A DNA stretch of 64,000 bases from Octopus bimaculoides. Lineage: Eukaryota. Below, one piece after another: positions 27,710 to 42,100 of this stretch. The position numbers were made by a program, and so were the translations under genes. How positions within the stretch are numbered: the first letter of the stretch is position 1; every line of letters begins with the position of its first letter. The notes below the pieces were generated by a model. It ran no database searches, had not been told where the DNA came from, and saw only the letters and a list, made by a program, of their open reading frames with translations. The stretch spans positions 51,038,348 through 51,102,347 of the forward strand of contig NC_068998.1 of the NCBI RefSeq assembly GCF_001194135.2, read 5' to 3'.

Positions 27710-28213
27710 ATTTATTAATTTGTATATTATGCATTTTTCAAATTGTTGCACTTTCTTGTTTTCCACAGCGAAAAGCGAGTTACGTCGTGGTTAGTAAACT
27801 TTTCCTTACAATAAATAATGGGATACGGTATATACTCTTGTTATTAATAATATATAGTTTTGTATTATATTTTAACTTGTTAATTTGTGTTCAGTTACAT
27901 TTATATATTATAATTCATAAATTCATTCCATCACTTATAAACATTCACACAACCCCTCCATACACACACATGCACGCACGCACACACACACACACACACA
28001 CATACATATATATAACAACCTTCTCCAACTACAGTTCTCATATTCGGTTAAAATGTCTTACGTTTAAGCTGGTTCCCATGCATTTCCCTGAAGAGAAGAT
28101 TACATTCTTATCAACATCATCTATTCTTATGGAATGTATAATTTGTAATCTTCGAAACATATGTTGGAAATAAAAGTATTCAGTTAACATATGCGTTTTA
28201 CTCTGTTTACTAA

Positions 28214-28249
<36 letters not shown>

Positions 28250-29045
28250 TTACCGTATAGAAAATAGTCTAATATTGGAACACAGAAACATACGACGTAA
28301 AAAAATAGCCGCTAGTACATGTGGAATACTAACGCACACCTGTTCATTTCGCGATAAGTATGCAGACATCCAGTCCTCCACAAAATGTAAAAGGAAGGAT
28401 ATTTAGTGAGCTTAAAATATATTTGTTCCATTCCATATTCATGCCGTATATTTGATTTCTGTTAAGCCACATCAAAATAAGCCATTAAGGTCAGTTTCTC
28501 CGAAAATATAGAAACGAACATTTTTCGAACAACGAAAACAACAAACAGAGAAACGAGACATGCAGCATAAAGAGTATGCCCCTTCGTCAGTTGTCGCTGT
28601 TTCATTTACTCCTTGCCTTTGAAACGCGGAGTAAATGAAAAGGGGACAACTGACGAAGAGTATACTCTTTATGTTGCATGTCTCGTTTCTCTGTTTGTTT
28701 TCTTCGTTGTTCGAAAAAAGTTTGTTTTCTATGTTTTCGTTTCTCATTATGTTTAACGTTTTTTTTTACATCCTGTACCCATATATGCATGTATGTATAC
28801 ATATAAATGTAGGTATGTACATATATGTTTGGATATATACATATATTTTTTCCTTTCTTTTAAATTGTAGCCAAAGCGATTAGAGACGAACGGCAGCGCT
28901 ACGAAAGTATGTGGCCTTTTCTTCCTGTATATAACTTGTGCTGAATGATTTATTTATATATAAGTATATATATGTGTGTATATATACATGCGTACAAATT
29001 TATATATGTATATGTGTATGCACACACATACATATACACGCACAC

Positions 29046-29122
<77 letters not shown>

Positions 29123-32100
29123 TAGGAGAGTATTGTTGTTCGCTTGCAGCATTGTGTATTGTTTGTAAAGAATAAAATGTTTTGAATGACACAGCAACGG
29201 ACTATAATACAAACAATGGACTATAATATCTGTTGTAATTTAATCATCCATAGTCTTTAACTTATGATTAAATTACAACAATTATAGTCCAGAATATATT
29301 TATTTATTTACCTCTTATTTACATTTTTAGCGCTTTCTTCCATTATCGTATTTATCGAACAATGGTTCAAATTTAGATTTCTTAGCACTTTTATAAAGAA
29401 TTTTTTGGGGTTTGCCAAGCAAGGAAGAGGAAAGAAGAAAAAAAAAGGTATCATCACTCATATCGATACCCAGGTCCCTCACTGATTTAGGCTCTGGGAT
29501 TGAAATTCCTTGTGGACCAGTGTACCCTGTAAGTTTCATATTCAGTTTTGGACGCTGGTAGCGCAGGGCTTGGATTTTTCAGCATTAAACTGCATATTAT
29601 TATCCTCAGCCCATCTGTAAATTGAGTCCAACTCCTGCTGCAGAATCGCCGCCTTACTGCCTAAATATATTAGAAGATACGTAAATTTCTTTCTTCATCA
29701 TATCCAATTCCACATTATAATTTCTAATCGACAATGATAAATAAAATATGCCTGCTTTCTTTTACATTCTCTTTCATATGTTTTCAATGTGGCAATAATA
29801 TTGATACTAAATTATTTAATTCAGTGTTGTATCCAAATTTGAAGGTCAGAGATTGTTCGGCCAGAACAATTTGCCCTCACATCGTGAAATATAACAAAGG
29901 TACTGGTGCTGCAAACTGTCGGTACATAATATTTCATTTATCTTATAGCTAATTTTATTAATGTAATGATTATGTTCTAATTTTAATTCTAATTTTATTA
30001 ATCTAATAATTATGTTTAATTCTAATTTTTATAAAGATCCATAGAATTCAATGTTAATTACAAATATTTTTTCACATCGGTACTCAAAGAAAGATTGCTT
30101 GGTGGTGTGACTGAAACTAAATACTCTAGAATTTTTCAGTGATACATAAGTATAAAAATGAGTAACAATGTAAACCACAATAAGATTTGTTTGCAAACCG
30201 GACAAACAAGGTCGATGATCTGCGTGTAATGTCATCCTATGTCATTCCCGAAGATTACCAAATACACAGATAACTTCCAGCATAAACATAAATCAATTTA
30301 TTTAAAGTATATTTTGAACGCAAAATATTTCTAAAATTGAAGGATAGTAGTTTTAAGTGAAGTGTTTCGTCCTTGAGTAAAGTACTTCATTTGCAGGCTT
30401 CAATGAGTACAAATCGATACTGATGCAATCTACACTTCCTCCAGCTGTCTTGTCTTTGATTTTTACCTTGAGGGATCGTTGGGAAGGGAGTGATTGTCGG
30501 CCTTGTTTTTTTTTTTACATCCGATTGCAATTATGTAGGCACCAAAAATAATTCATGAAAACATGATACATATTTCCATGCCATATATGCTAGCAAGTGA
30601 CAGCCGATGGATGTATTGTACTTATTACTAGCTATATTAAATCTTCTCTCCTAGAACATAATCCACTGATTTGTACTTGCATTTCAGATTTTATTACGAA
30701 TATGAATTATGTGCTGCCAAAACAAACTGGTATTGTGTTGATGAGTACCTTTATGAATATGTGAACTATAACTGCGGTCGTAAGATATAAATATATAATC
30801 TTATTATCTGATTCCATGCATCGACTAAATCCTAAGCGATAATTACTTCTGTCAATTTAAGATAAGAGTTTATACCCAACTGGCATTAACTTTATATTTA
30901 GATGACATTAAGTACCTACATAAAAATTTCTGAACGAAACCGATAGACGCCGCTGTTTCGACGGTGTCGATTCATCACAGCTGGCTGGACATTTAACAAA
31001 GTTTGGCGACAATACATTTAGACATTGGAGACAAATATAATATTCAGACACACATATGCACATGCAGATCTTAAATACGCATAATCAGAAATATATACTT
31101 ACAGATAGGAAGCTCGAAAGAAGGGTTGGGATAGAGACGTTACAATTAACAATTGAACACGACTGATGTAAACACCTTCCCACACGCCATGAATAAAGAA
31201 AAATATTCTCACGCACCCACATGCACCCACATGCACTCACACACACACACACACACATGTGAGCATATCTTTACAGATAGAGAGATAGAACGAAAGAAAG
31301 ATTAAAACGTCGGTTGTCAAATTAGTTAGTGTCGAATTAACGATGGCAAATGCGTCGCACCATAACGGCTGTTCCAAAATCTGTGATACTCATAAAGTCT
31401 ACAACATAATATCCACAAAATACCCACAAAATAGATATTAAAATATCTGTCTAGTATTAACATCTTATCGTTCTATTCATTCTCATTATGTACAGACCTA
31501 AATTCATTATATGAATGGTTATATTTAAGTACCAATACAGTAATGGAATATTTTAATTCGGCTTAATCAACACCGGAATTGAATTGGTAATTAATTTCAT
31601 CGCTGAACACGACAAAGGTGGTAGAATGGAAACTGGAAAAGTGACTCCGAAAAATTTTCAGAGTCAACTTCTTCATCTTTATCAAGCGAGAACATTAGAT
31701 TGAAATACTTTGTGAAGACTCCTAGACGCTTGCATGACCCGTGTCAGTCTCACAACATGACACCTTGGATATGTACCCTTTACTGTAGCTCCGTATCAAA
31801 TTATGTGTTGTGAATCAATTTGATGGACGGAAACTGTATGTGTATGTGCGTGCGCGTGAATGCATGAGCGTATCTACATATGTATATGCGTATGAGCGTG
31901 CGTGTCTTGTGCATCTCCTTGAACGCCTTGAAAATCAGTCTCGTTTTGTTTATGTCTCTTTAAGGAAAGGAGACTGATGGAATATTTACCAGACTTTGAA
32001 AAATAATAAATAGTGGAGTCTATTTCTTGGACTAAAGTTTCAAGATAATGCTGAAGCACGACTCCGATCCAACACCAGAACCAAAATAACTTTGTTATTC

Positions 32101-33433
32101 CACAATAAACACCATATTTCATATTTATTCCAGCTACAGCCCCACCACCACTATCCATGAATGGTGCTTTGGCCTGTTTTACATCTCCACACAGTATATT
32201 ACCAGTTCTTATTCTACTGATATTGGTGTGATGGATTCAAAGTCAACTGAAAGAAATATATCTGATGTGAGACTTTTTATACAAATAAAATCAATATTAT
32301 ATCCGTTACAAATTCACTTTCAGAATATATAACAAAGAATTTATTGATGTTTTTGTAATGACAGCGTAAAATAATGCTCGTCCCCCTTTAGTTATAATGT
32401 AATATATTACTATAATGAGTGCTAAGATGACAGGTTAACACGTTGACTACCAACTACGCGTTATCTCGTAGTTGGCAATCTATACAATTTTGCCAGGTAC
32501 GAGCATACCCGTAGAGGTCTATTTTATTGTAATGCACTTAAAATGAACTGGCGTCTGGAACTAACATTGTGAGTGTGTTGTAGAAACGCTAAAGACACCT
32601 TTTATTTGCCCAATGATACGAATTAACTCGTATCATACCACCTGGCAGGAAATATATTTGGTAAAACATCTATATATATCAGGTATAAGTATTAGATGTT
32701 GATGCAGTTGGTGCCGGAGAACTTAGTGCAGTTGGTGCAGGAGGACTGCGTTGTCTCTTACGACGTCGAGCAACTAATTGTTCATCTACGTATGTAGAAC
32801 TGGCGTCACTGGTATTACTTCCACTGGTATTTGCTTCATAACTTTTATCCAAAGCATCTGAGTATTCTTCCGATAGTTCATTTTCCGTGAGTTCTTGAAG
32901 CATTCCAGCAATTTATAGTTCTTTATAAATCTGAAAAAATAAAGAATATATTATACAGTGAAGAGACAGTCAAATAATGAATAACATCCCTTCAAAGCCT
33001 TTATAGCAAACCAATCTGAGCATTTTGCATTACTATGAGATAACTCCTATTACGTCATTGGTGTGTAATTACATGTATTAAGAACCTATATACCACCACA
33101 CATAATATTTCAGTTTTCTGATTTGAGAGAGTTAATTAAGCTCTTTTGGCAAATAGAAGCAGATCATATCGATGTCTTGTGACAGGCAACGTGTTAATAC
33201 TGACTTGCATATCACATTCATGTTATGAGATGTATTATTCTAGCACTAATACATTTCATATTATATCTGAATTATCAATATTTTGTAATATCAGTACAAA
33301 ATAATATTTATTCTCTTAGTATGGAATTCATTTAGATTAATTGTTATTAAATACATTTAATTAAAGTAAATAAATAGAAAATTCCTTTTCTTTTTCATTG
33401 CAGTTCATATACTATGCAGTAATTTGTTCTTAA
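23340..33433 (+). CDS. Cluster gene 3: secreted, probably GPI-anchored six-Cys protein (127/135 aa)
   Basis: Exons 23340-23376, 24615-24653, 27769-27789, 29825-29921, 30688-30779, 32134-32225 (GTG-TGA to 32231, or splice to 33404-33433). Protein [126 protein letters not shown](V* or FIYYAVICS*). Confidence 0.87.
23490..23960 (+). mobile_element. RTE-clade LINE fragment in gene 3 intron 1
   Basis: [27 protein letters not shown]...[11 protein letters not shown] resembles the RTE RT C-terminal/thumb region. Confidence 0.7.
26100..26810 (-). mobile_element. Internally deleted Tc1/mariner-type element; inverted partial copy at 25804-25988
   Basis: Minus strand: [18 protein letters not shown] and [19 protein letters not shown] (transposase N- and C-terminal motifs). 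Confidence 0.65.
28501..28739. repeat. Palindromic (fold-back) MITE-like element in gene 3 intron 3
   Basis: About 110-bp arms (…GAAACGAGACATGCAGCATAAAGAGTA…/…TACTCTTTATGTTGCATGTCTCGTTTC…) around a 15-nt loop. Confidence 0.75.
29330..29700 (-). mobile_element. CR1/L2-type LINE RT fragment
   Basis: [25 protein letters not shown]: VRDLG motif typical of the CR1/L2 RT thumb. Confidence 0.6.
32439..33193 (-). mobile_element. piggyBac-like non-autonomous element in the last intron of gene 3
   Basis: TTAA TSD at 32435-32438 and 33194-33197; CACGTTG...CAACGTG termini. Paralogues show the empty site (GATGACAG(G/A)TTAATA). Confidence 0.8.
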
Positions 33434-33519
33434 ACTGTTTTGACTATGGCGACCAGGAATACTTGTGCAAATAAAAACCTGTGTAAATTTAATTAATATA
33501 TATGCGTTGTTTTATAGTT

Positions 33520-34240
33520 TCGCTTGACTGTGGAAAGGTGGTGCCCTTCATCGTCTATAAAGTTGGTATTTGTAGCGTCACATTTAGCAACCGCGTCATC
33601 TCTTGTCAGTACTGAGTTCACTGTAGTAGGTTTACCGTGTATCATTTCAGTTGGATTACCACGTAGAGTCGGTGCAATTAATGATCATATATCTTTGCAT
33701 TCGTTATATGGTTGCTTTTAAGCAATCGGTGGTAGATTACTCCTTTCCAATCCCACCACACGCCAATGACTGCCTTGCTTGTATGCTACTCCCAATTAGC
33801 TTGAGGTTTTGATAGCTTGCCGAGACTTAGCCATACTTTATTCCACCTCATATAGATATACAGACAGCAGTTTTCATCGCTGGTGACGATGCACTAAGAA
33901 AATGTCTGTTCGTGTCCCCGAGTAACCTGTTGTCGAGCGAACAAACGAGGAAACCCGTGACCTTAGAGGTGTACTGAAGTATGTGTCTTTCGTTTAGAAT
34001 GTGTTACTCGTATACTGCGTTTTGGAGATGGACCCATAAAGTGAAAATGACTCCCGACGGTAACAGTAGAGTATGCCACCTGCCGAATATTTCCTTTGTG
34101 GAATGGCGCCGAGCGTCGTGGTTGACTCGCTGGACAGAGCTTGATTGAACTGAACAGGTTGGTAGGAATGCAGAGAATCGGAGAAGCTGAATTTCCTCCT
34201 CTTGAAATGTGGAAATCATTTCTGTGCATTTGTTTTTTTC
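33520..34240 (-). mobile_element. Decayed mariner transposase relic 3' of gene 3; homologous relic 42310-42900 3' of gene 4
   Basis: The two loci align. The gene 4 copy reads CIIHYEMLENKHMIKAAFYVQQLHRL on the minus strand, like mariner IIHYELL...YCQQLxRL. Confidence 0.6.
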
Positions 34241-34249
34241 CAATCGCTG

Positions 34250-34572
34250 GCTCTCCGTCGGTTAAAACAATGACGGTTCCAGTTGCTACGAACAACGGAG
34301 CAACCTGCTCGTGGGATTAATGTGAAAATGGCTGAACTCTCCACAGACACGCGTACCCTTAATGTAGCTCTCAGGGAGATTCAGCATTACACAGAATGGG
34401 ACAAGGGCAGCACTTTGAATTACAGGTACAGCTCATTTTTGTTAGCTGAGTAGTCTGGAGCAACGGGAAATAAAATGTTTTGCTCAAGGACACACAACGC
34501 ACAGCACGGAATCGAACTCACAAACTTAACTATCGCGAGCCGATTACCGTAATTGCGAAGCCACGCGCCTTC
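34250..34572 (+). mobile_element. SINE (family C); partial copy at 9716-9805
   Basis: Shared CTCC(G/A)TCGGTTAA...GGTTCCAGTTG...AACGG...CCTGCTCGTG head between the two loci. Confidence 0.65.
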
Positions 34573-34907
34573 ACATTGTCAGTACATAGCACAAATATCT
34601 CGGACGGACGGCTTTGAAAGCGTTATAACCTTGAAAGAAAACGAAGAGAAACGAATGACGCAAATGATCATTTTTGTACATTTTGCTCTGTCGTTAGATT
34701 AAAAACAGCTAAAATGTATTACAGTTTCAAAAAACGATAATAAAACGTAGATGAAAGATAACGCTACAAATCCGCCCATAAGTCTCAATGATAAACATAC
34801 GTTTATATCAAATTTGCACTATTTACATAAATACACACACACACACATCCACCCCCTGACACACAGTCATGTGTGTGTATATATATATATATTATAAATA
34901 TAATAAC

Positions 34908-34957
<50 letters not shown>

Positions 34958-34986
34958 TGATGATGATAATAATAATAATAATAATG

Positions 34987-35034
<48 letters not shown>

Positions 35035-36229
35035 TGTATGACAGCAAAAGAATGAGCCCTCGATATTTGTTGAAATAGAGAAGTATTTTATGTTACAAAA
35101 TTAGATTAAAGAGTACACAGTTGTCATTGTAGTACTCAGAGTTTCGAATCTCGGAGCGAGGAGCTACGATATATTCTCGCTGGCTATTAATGGTAAGAGA
35201 CGCTACGAAAAACCGTTAAATATAAGGGAAGTAAATCTAATAGATAGAAAAAAGAGCAAAAGATAAAAAATATGCTAAAAATATATTTAAAAATATATTA
35301 AAATATACGCACAATCATATTCTCACTACGAATAACATACATACACACACACACACACACATATATTCCACCCACCACACACATACACCCGCACACCACA
35401 CACGTACACCCGCACATATACAAACATATCCATATCCATATAAATGAAGGGGCGTGTGCGCATGAAAATCGCATACATGCACCGGACACAATCTTACACT
35501 CATATGTGTGTGTGGGATGGTGTGTGTGAGTGTATATATGTGTGTGTGTGTGTATACCTAAAGTATTTGTTTTAAAAACACATATGTGCGTATAGTTACG
35601 TGTGTATATATATATATATATATACCTACACACACACACACACACACATATATANNNNNNNNNNNNNNNNNNNNNNNNNNNNNNNNNNNNNNNNNNNNNN
35701 NNNNNNNNNNNNNNNNNNNNNNNNNNNNNNNNNNNNNNNNNNNNNNNNNNNNNNNNNNNNNNNNNNNNNNNNNNNNNNNNNNNNNNNNNNNNNNNNNNNN
35801 NNNNNNNNNNNNNNNNNNNNNNNNNNNNNNNNNNNNNNNNNNNNNNNNNNNNNNNNNNNNNNNNNNNNNNNNNNNNNNNNNNNNNNNNNNNNNNNNNNNN
35901 NNNNNNNNNNNNNNNNNNNNNNNNNNNNNNNNNNNNNNNNNNNNNNNNNNNNNNNNNNNNNNNNNNNNNNNNNNNNNNNNNNNNNNNNNNNNNNNNNNNN
36001 NNNNNNNNNNNNNNNAAGATCAATATTTTAAATGCCGATCTTATCCTTATATATATATATATATATACAGACTGACAAATAGATAGATAGATAGACAGAT
36101 ATGCACACATATCTACATAAACACACACACACATATATTCATGATTATCATAAGGTCTACAATATGATACCCCATTCTTAGATCATGGAATGCGTGAATC
36201 TATGGATATTGCATTTGTTGGATAGGTAG

Positions 36230-36520
36230 CAGGCAGAATTGAAAACAGATGGAAAAATCTTAAGGGCCATAGACATCAAAGTAAGCGTATTTCAAGGGTT
36301 CTGTTTGTCCTCACTGATTTTTGCATTGTGCATGGTATCACTAAGAAGGATTCTGAGGAAAACTAAGTCTGGTTATGAATTTATAAGTCTTCAACAAAAA
36401 ATTAACCACTTGTTACTTAAGGATGACCTCAAACTTTACGGTAAAAATGAATCCCAGGTCATTCCCATCGTTGATAAGGTGTAAGCATTCAGTGTTTATA
36501 TCAGAATGGAGTTTGGATTG
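36230..36520 (+). mobile_element. R4/Dong-like RT fragment
   Basis: VFQGFCLSSLIFALCMVSL...INHLLLKDDLKLYGKNE resembles the FQGDSLSPLLF...NHLLFMDDLK RT motifs. Confidence 0.7.
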
Positions 36521-36759
36521 AATTTTAAACATCTGTAACATTTAACAAAAATTATCTGGAATAAATGAATAACAAATTCGGATTTAGCAGGTAAAAATTA
36601 TATCAATATACCAAATTTGAAAATTTTCAATTAATTTTATAATTTCAAAACCTGTAACAGCTTCAGAAAACATCCCCTCTCTCAGTCCCCCTCTCTCCGA
36701 GAATAAGATGCATCGATTAGATGGTGAGCATACAAGAGCCTCCCTCCACTTCACAGATT

Positions 36760-36895
36760 CAGAAGACGATGTCCCATCCCAGTTCAAACGACTTCAGTTC
36801 TCTACGAGTTTTAATTTTGCCATGCTCATCAACAAATCGCAAAATGAGGCATTTTCAGTTACTGGTTTACACCTTGAAGAGTCTTGCTGCACTTA
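36760..36895 (+). mobile_element. Helitron (PIF1-like helicase) C-terminal fragment
   Basis: DVPSQFKRLQFSTSFNFAMLINKSQNEAFSVTGLHL resembles the [25 protein letters not shown]...GLDL motif. Confidence 0.7.
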
Positions 36896-37007
36896 TGTTA
36901 AATAAATCATTAAAATAGTTTCCGTAGTGAGGAAAAACAGTAAAAATGTCTAATAAACTATGCCGTACTTTATGCAGCAATTGTACATATTCTTTCAATG
37001 ATGGGAA

Positions 37008-37035
37008 CAGATGTTACGTCATATTAAGTATACAA
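37008..37035 (+). promoter_or_regulatory. Gene 4 core promoter: CAGATG-TTACGTCA-TATACAA
   Basis: Homologous cassette; E-box variant CAGATG retains CANNTG. Confidence 0.6.
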
Positions 37036-37098
37036 GAGGAGGTTACTGTAATGCGACAATTTCTCAACAAGATGTTCTCTTTAATACGAATATACAGG

Positions 37099-37578
37099 AT
37101 GAAATATTTTCTATGCTGGTTTCTTGTCATGGTTCGTAAGTATCTCAAATATAAGCAATTTTCGTCGTTGTAAACTTGCAATTTAATTTGTTAGTTTGTG
37201 TATATGATTCAATACTACAAATTCACTCTGTTCTTATACATGTGTATGTGTATGCATATAATCTCGTGTATATAATATAAAACATATGGATATGACAACT
37301 CGATAGAGATTGAATGTTTTCAAAAAATTTAGGCAAATCTTACAGCATTTTGATAAATCATTTATGAAGCTTTCGATATCATATTTGCTTTTTCTAAAAT
37401 CATTTTTATGGTCTCTTTAGGTGTAGCGGTAGCTAATTCGTAAGTAGTTTTCTTCCCAACCACATGGTTCCTGCTTCAGTCCCACGTGGCAAATTGGGCG
37501 AGTGTCTTCTACTATAGTTTCAAGCCGGCCAAATACTTGTGAGTCGATTTGGTAGAGGGAAACTGAAAGAAGCCCTTC

Positions 37579-37609
<31 letters not shown>

Positions 37610-39017
37610 NNNNNNNNNNNNNNNNNNNNNNNNNNNNNNNNNNNNNNNNNNNNNNNNNNNNNNNNNNNNNNNNNNNNNNNNNNNNNNNNNNNNNNNNNNN
37701 NNNNNNNNNNNNNNNNNNNNNNNNNNNNNNNNNNNNNNNNNNNNNNNNNNNNNNNNNNNNNNNNNNNNNNNNNNNNNNNNNNNNNNNNNNNNNNNNNNNN
37801 NNNNNNNNNNNNNNNNNNNNNNNNNNNNNNNNNNNNNNNNNNNNNNNNNNNNNNNNNNNNNNNNNNNNNNNNNNNNNNNNNNNNNNNNNNNNNNNNNNNN
37901 NNNNNNNNNNNNNNNNNNNNNNNNNNNNNNNNNNNNNNNNNNNNNNNNNNNNNNNNNNNNNNNNNNNNNNNNNNNNNNNNNNNNNNNNNNNNNNNNNNNN
38001 NNNNNNNNNNNNNNNNNNNNNNNNNNNNNNNNNNNNNNNNNNNNNNNNNNNNNNNNNNNNNNNNNNNNNNNNNNNNNNNNNNNNNNNNNNNNNNNNNNNN
38101 NNNNNNNNNNNNNNNNNNNNNNNNNNNNNNTACATATAATACTTATTTCATTTTACTCTCCCTTATGTTTTTTACAGAGGGAAATGTAGCTTTTGATGGT
38201 GAGTAAATTCTCTCTTACGATATAAATTGTTATGATTTGTGTCGTAAATTTTACTACATACATTATGTTATAGATTAAAAAAATTCGTGAACGGGAATTA
38301 ATTCGTTTTTCTAACGATGATTCTCGGAGAAGTTAAATCTACAAATAATAGCATGTAAATTCGGGTTAAAAAACAACTAGAAGGCTGCTCGTCGGACTCA
38401 AACGTATATCTCCTGTAAGAATACACACACACACACCATCTATATATCTTCACACGCACACATATCTTATCTGTTGTTGTGTAAAGTTCTGGAGAAGTCA
38501 GTATAAACGTATTGTGCAGTTATTAACCGCTGTACTATTCTGGATGGTATACCGATTTATTTAAATATCTATTCCAATTTCCCTTCAAATGATTACAAAA
38601 ATAATTTCATATATTTAAATTTCAGTTACTATATTTACGTATGTTGGGTTCTACTTTTGTCGCCATCGCAGCTTCTAATTCTGCGTACATATTATTCAAA
38701 GGAAATTAAAATCCTTTAATTGGAATTTCGTTTTTTATATTTTGTGGAAAGTTACGAGGGCGTTTGTGGAACAAAATATGAAGTATATTTGACCATTGTG
38801 TACCCACTTCAGAACTATTAAGGTTTCTCCATTCTTTCTTAAACGTTTACAAGTTGTATTATGTATGTCTGCATGTTTTAAATATGGTTTATGAATATAT
38901 CTACGCAAATGCTCAATTTAAATCGTATGAGTAAAAAAATTAAGGAAAATTTCCTTATCGCTTTGACTGGCTGTTCATTAAATGTGTCAGTTACATTTCA
39001 TATATATACTTTGGTGA

Positions 39018-39106
<89 letters not shown>

Positions 39107-42100
39107 TGCGTGTGTGTGTAAGTTTGCCTGTGCAGATGGTGTGTGAGTGCTTGAATGTGTATGTGTGTGTATAAATGCATAGGTATGTAAGGTTATATAT
39201 ATGTATATACACATACGCATAACAATTTCTCTCTATATATGTGTATATTATTTATGATATATTTTTAAAACTAATACCTTTTTATGTAAAAGATATCGTT
39301 TCCTTTAAATTATAGTCAAACGCATCAAGCAGAAAAAGGAGTTATTTGAACGTATGTAACATTTTATACTAAACTTAACTTGTAAATAGCTTATCTTAAA
39401 TGTCTATTTTTCACCTTATATCTTATATATACACGTACATACATTCATACATACACACACAATTTTACCATTACGCTTCATCTACAATTTTAATTATATT
39501 TAATTCCAAAATTACTGCAGAGCTTAATGACCACCACCAGGACCCGGTTTCCACAAAAACTAATCGACTGACCTCCTCCCCTAAAATTTCGGGCCTTATA
39601 CCTAGAGTAAGAAAGAATATTTCTACTTTATCTGTGTCTAAGATAGAATTGGAATGTCTGTGTAAAAGAATGATGTATTTATGTAATAGAATGTAAAAGA
39701 ATGATGTATTTACGTAACTTTCAATATTCTTCTTCATATATTATATTCAAAAATGAATTAAAGGATCGCCCAACAATTTCCATTTGTATTTTGCTTATAG
39801 AAGAGAAAGGCTGACAGCGTACCTAAAGCGATACTGACAACTGTTTGCATGAAACACGTATATGTGTACATATATACGTACACTTGCGTCTGCACACACA
39901 TCTGTATAGAGTGAGTCAGAGAGACAGATACAGAGGGATGTGTGTGCGTGTGTGTGTGCGCGTGTGTGTGTGCGTGTGCGTGCGTGTGTTTGTATACGTC
40001 TGTAGATATATGTGCAATTTCACATCACTAACAACCACATGATCTCGTAAAATACTTTTCGAAAGTAGAAGATTAAACTATCATGGCGTTGATTGTATAA
40101 CCTGCACTCGATATAGCTGCACTCGATATAGCTAAACTCTGATCTCTTAAGATATATTTCCCTAAAGCACTGTAAACAATGAAAACTGCCTGAATATATA
40201 AAGAGATTCCTTTTATCATATTCTATAGCACATTATATTTTCCAATCGATATTAATGAAATGGTTTCTAACTAAACGTACAAGTATTACTTTACGATCTA
40301 ATGCAAGATATGTTTTCAATGTTGCAATAATATTGAGTTAAACAATTATCTAATTTACAGAAATAGATAAAAAATTTAATGCTAATTCATGCTCGCCCGA
40401 AATCATTTGCCCTAATATCCTGGAGCATTTGAAAATGAAGCCTGAAGAGAACTGTCGGTATATATAATTTTATCAAACTTATTACTGTTTTTATCCCATC
40501 TAGTAAATACATTTTATTTTAATTTTCATAAATATTGATTCCCTAAAATGTTAATTACAAATGTACTTGTTTCACGGTCAGAAACCTTTTGGTGTTGCCA
40601 AACTAAAGTCACTAGAATATTTCAATGATACATAAGCAAAGAAACGAATAACAAATACCAACTAAAATGAGATTTGATTGCAGACATTAAATATGGAAGA
40701 GAGCAATATGGCCGACGCTCTTCATATAATACTATCCACTGTCATTATGGAGGATTACTAAACACAGAGTTAACGTGAAACATAGACATAAGTAATATAA
40801 GTTAAAGAACATAAAGCAAAATATTGTCAGATTTGAAGGATAGTTGGTTCGGTATAGGACTCTGGTCATACAATCACATGTATAAATCCTAAACCTTGTA
40901 GAGCGTTGCTCGTTTGAGAAAATAACTAATTTCTCGTTGAAATGAGCGCAACCTGATGCTGATGTTAATTTTCTTCTTTCACCTGTGTCAGTACCTGAGG
41001 GATATTTGGCAAGGCAGTGATTGATTGCTTTGTTTACATCCAATTGCAATTATGTAGGTGAAAAAAAAAAGAACATGAAAACATGATACATGTTTCCGTG
41101 CTATATAAAGTAGCACGTGACAGCTGGATGTGTTTATTTATTATCAACTTTATCGAGTCTTCTCTTCTAAAATAATATCTAGTGATTTGTATTTGCCTTT
41201 CAGATACTATTACGAATATGAATTATGTGCTATAAAAATCCGTCCGTCTTGTACTGGTGCGTACACTGAAGAATATGTGAAACATAAGTGTGCTGGTAAA
41301 AAAGTTTTAATGTAATCTTCAGATGAGAATCCATGTGCCCACTAAGTTCTAAACGATAATTACCGTTGTCGATTTACGATGCTAATTTATATATAACTAA
41401 CATAGATTTCATATTTAGAGGACATCTAATATACGTAAACATTATACAGAAATCTTGGAATGAGATGAATAGACGCCGCTGATGCGACGGTGTCAATTTA
41501 TCCCCACTGATCGGACATTTTCTCAGTTTAGCAGCAATAAATTTTGGCACTGGTGTCAAATACGTACACATACGCATACATATACATAGTTATGTAAATA
41601 CGCCAATGCAGAAATGTACACATTCACGAGAATATTAATTTATCTATTGCAGAGAAATCAATACACAATAAATCCCATGCTTTGACGTATTGTATGTCTT
41701 CATATACCACACTACCACTTCTTATTCTCCCGTTATTGGTGTGATGGAATTCAAAAACAACTGAAAAGAATATATTTGATGTGAGAATATTTATACAAAT
41801 ATAATCAATTTATGATTTCTTTTGCTAGTTCACTTTCAGAATATATGACACAGAATTTATATCTATCGTGTATTATCTCTGGATTATTAATATTTTTAAT
41901 GACAACATAAAATAATTTTCATCTTCTTTACTTACAATGTTATATATCACTGTAATGTTTTGGTTAATAGTGACTGTCATATGACATTCATGTTATGAAA
42001 TCTATTATCCTAACACTAATATATCTCATATTATCTCTGCATTATCAATAACGTGCAATATTAGTGCAAAATAATCTTTATTCTCTTAGTAGTGAATTTA

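Noticed and set aside
37422-37440. TTTAG...GTAAGT exon candidate in gene 4 intron 1
   Set aside because: It is the head of a SINE; 19 nt shifts the frame and gives a stop in the next exon.
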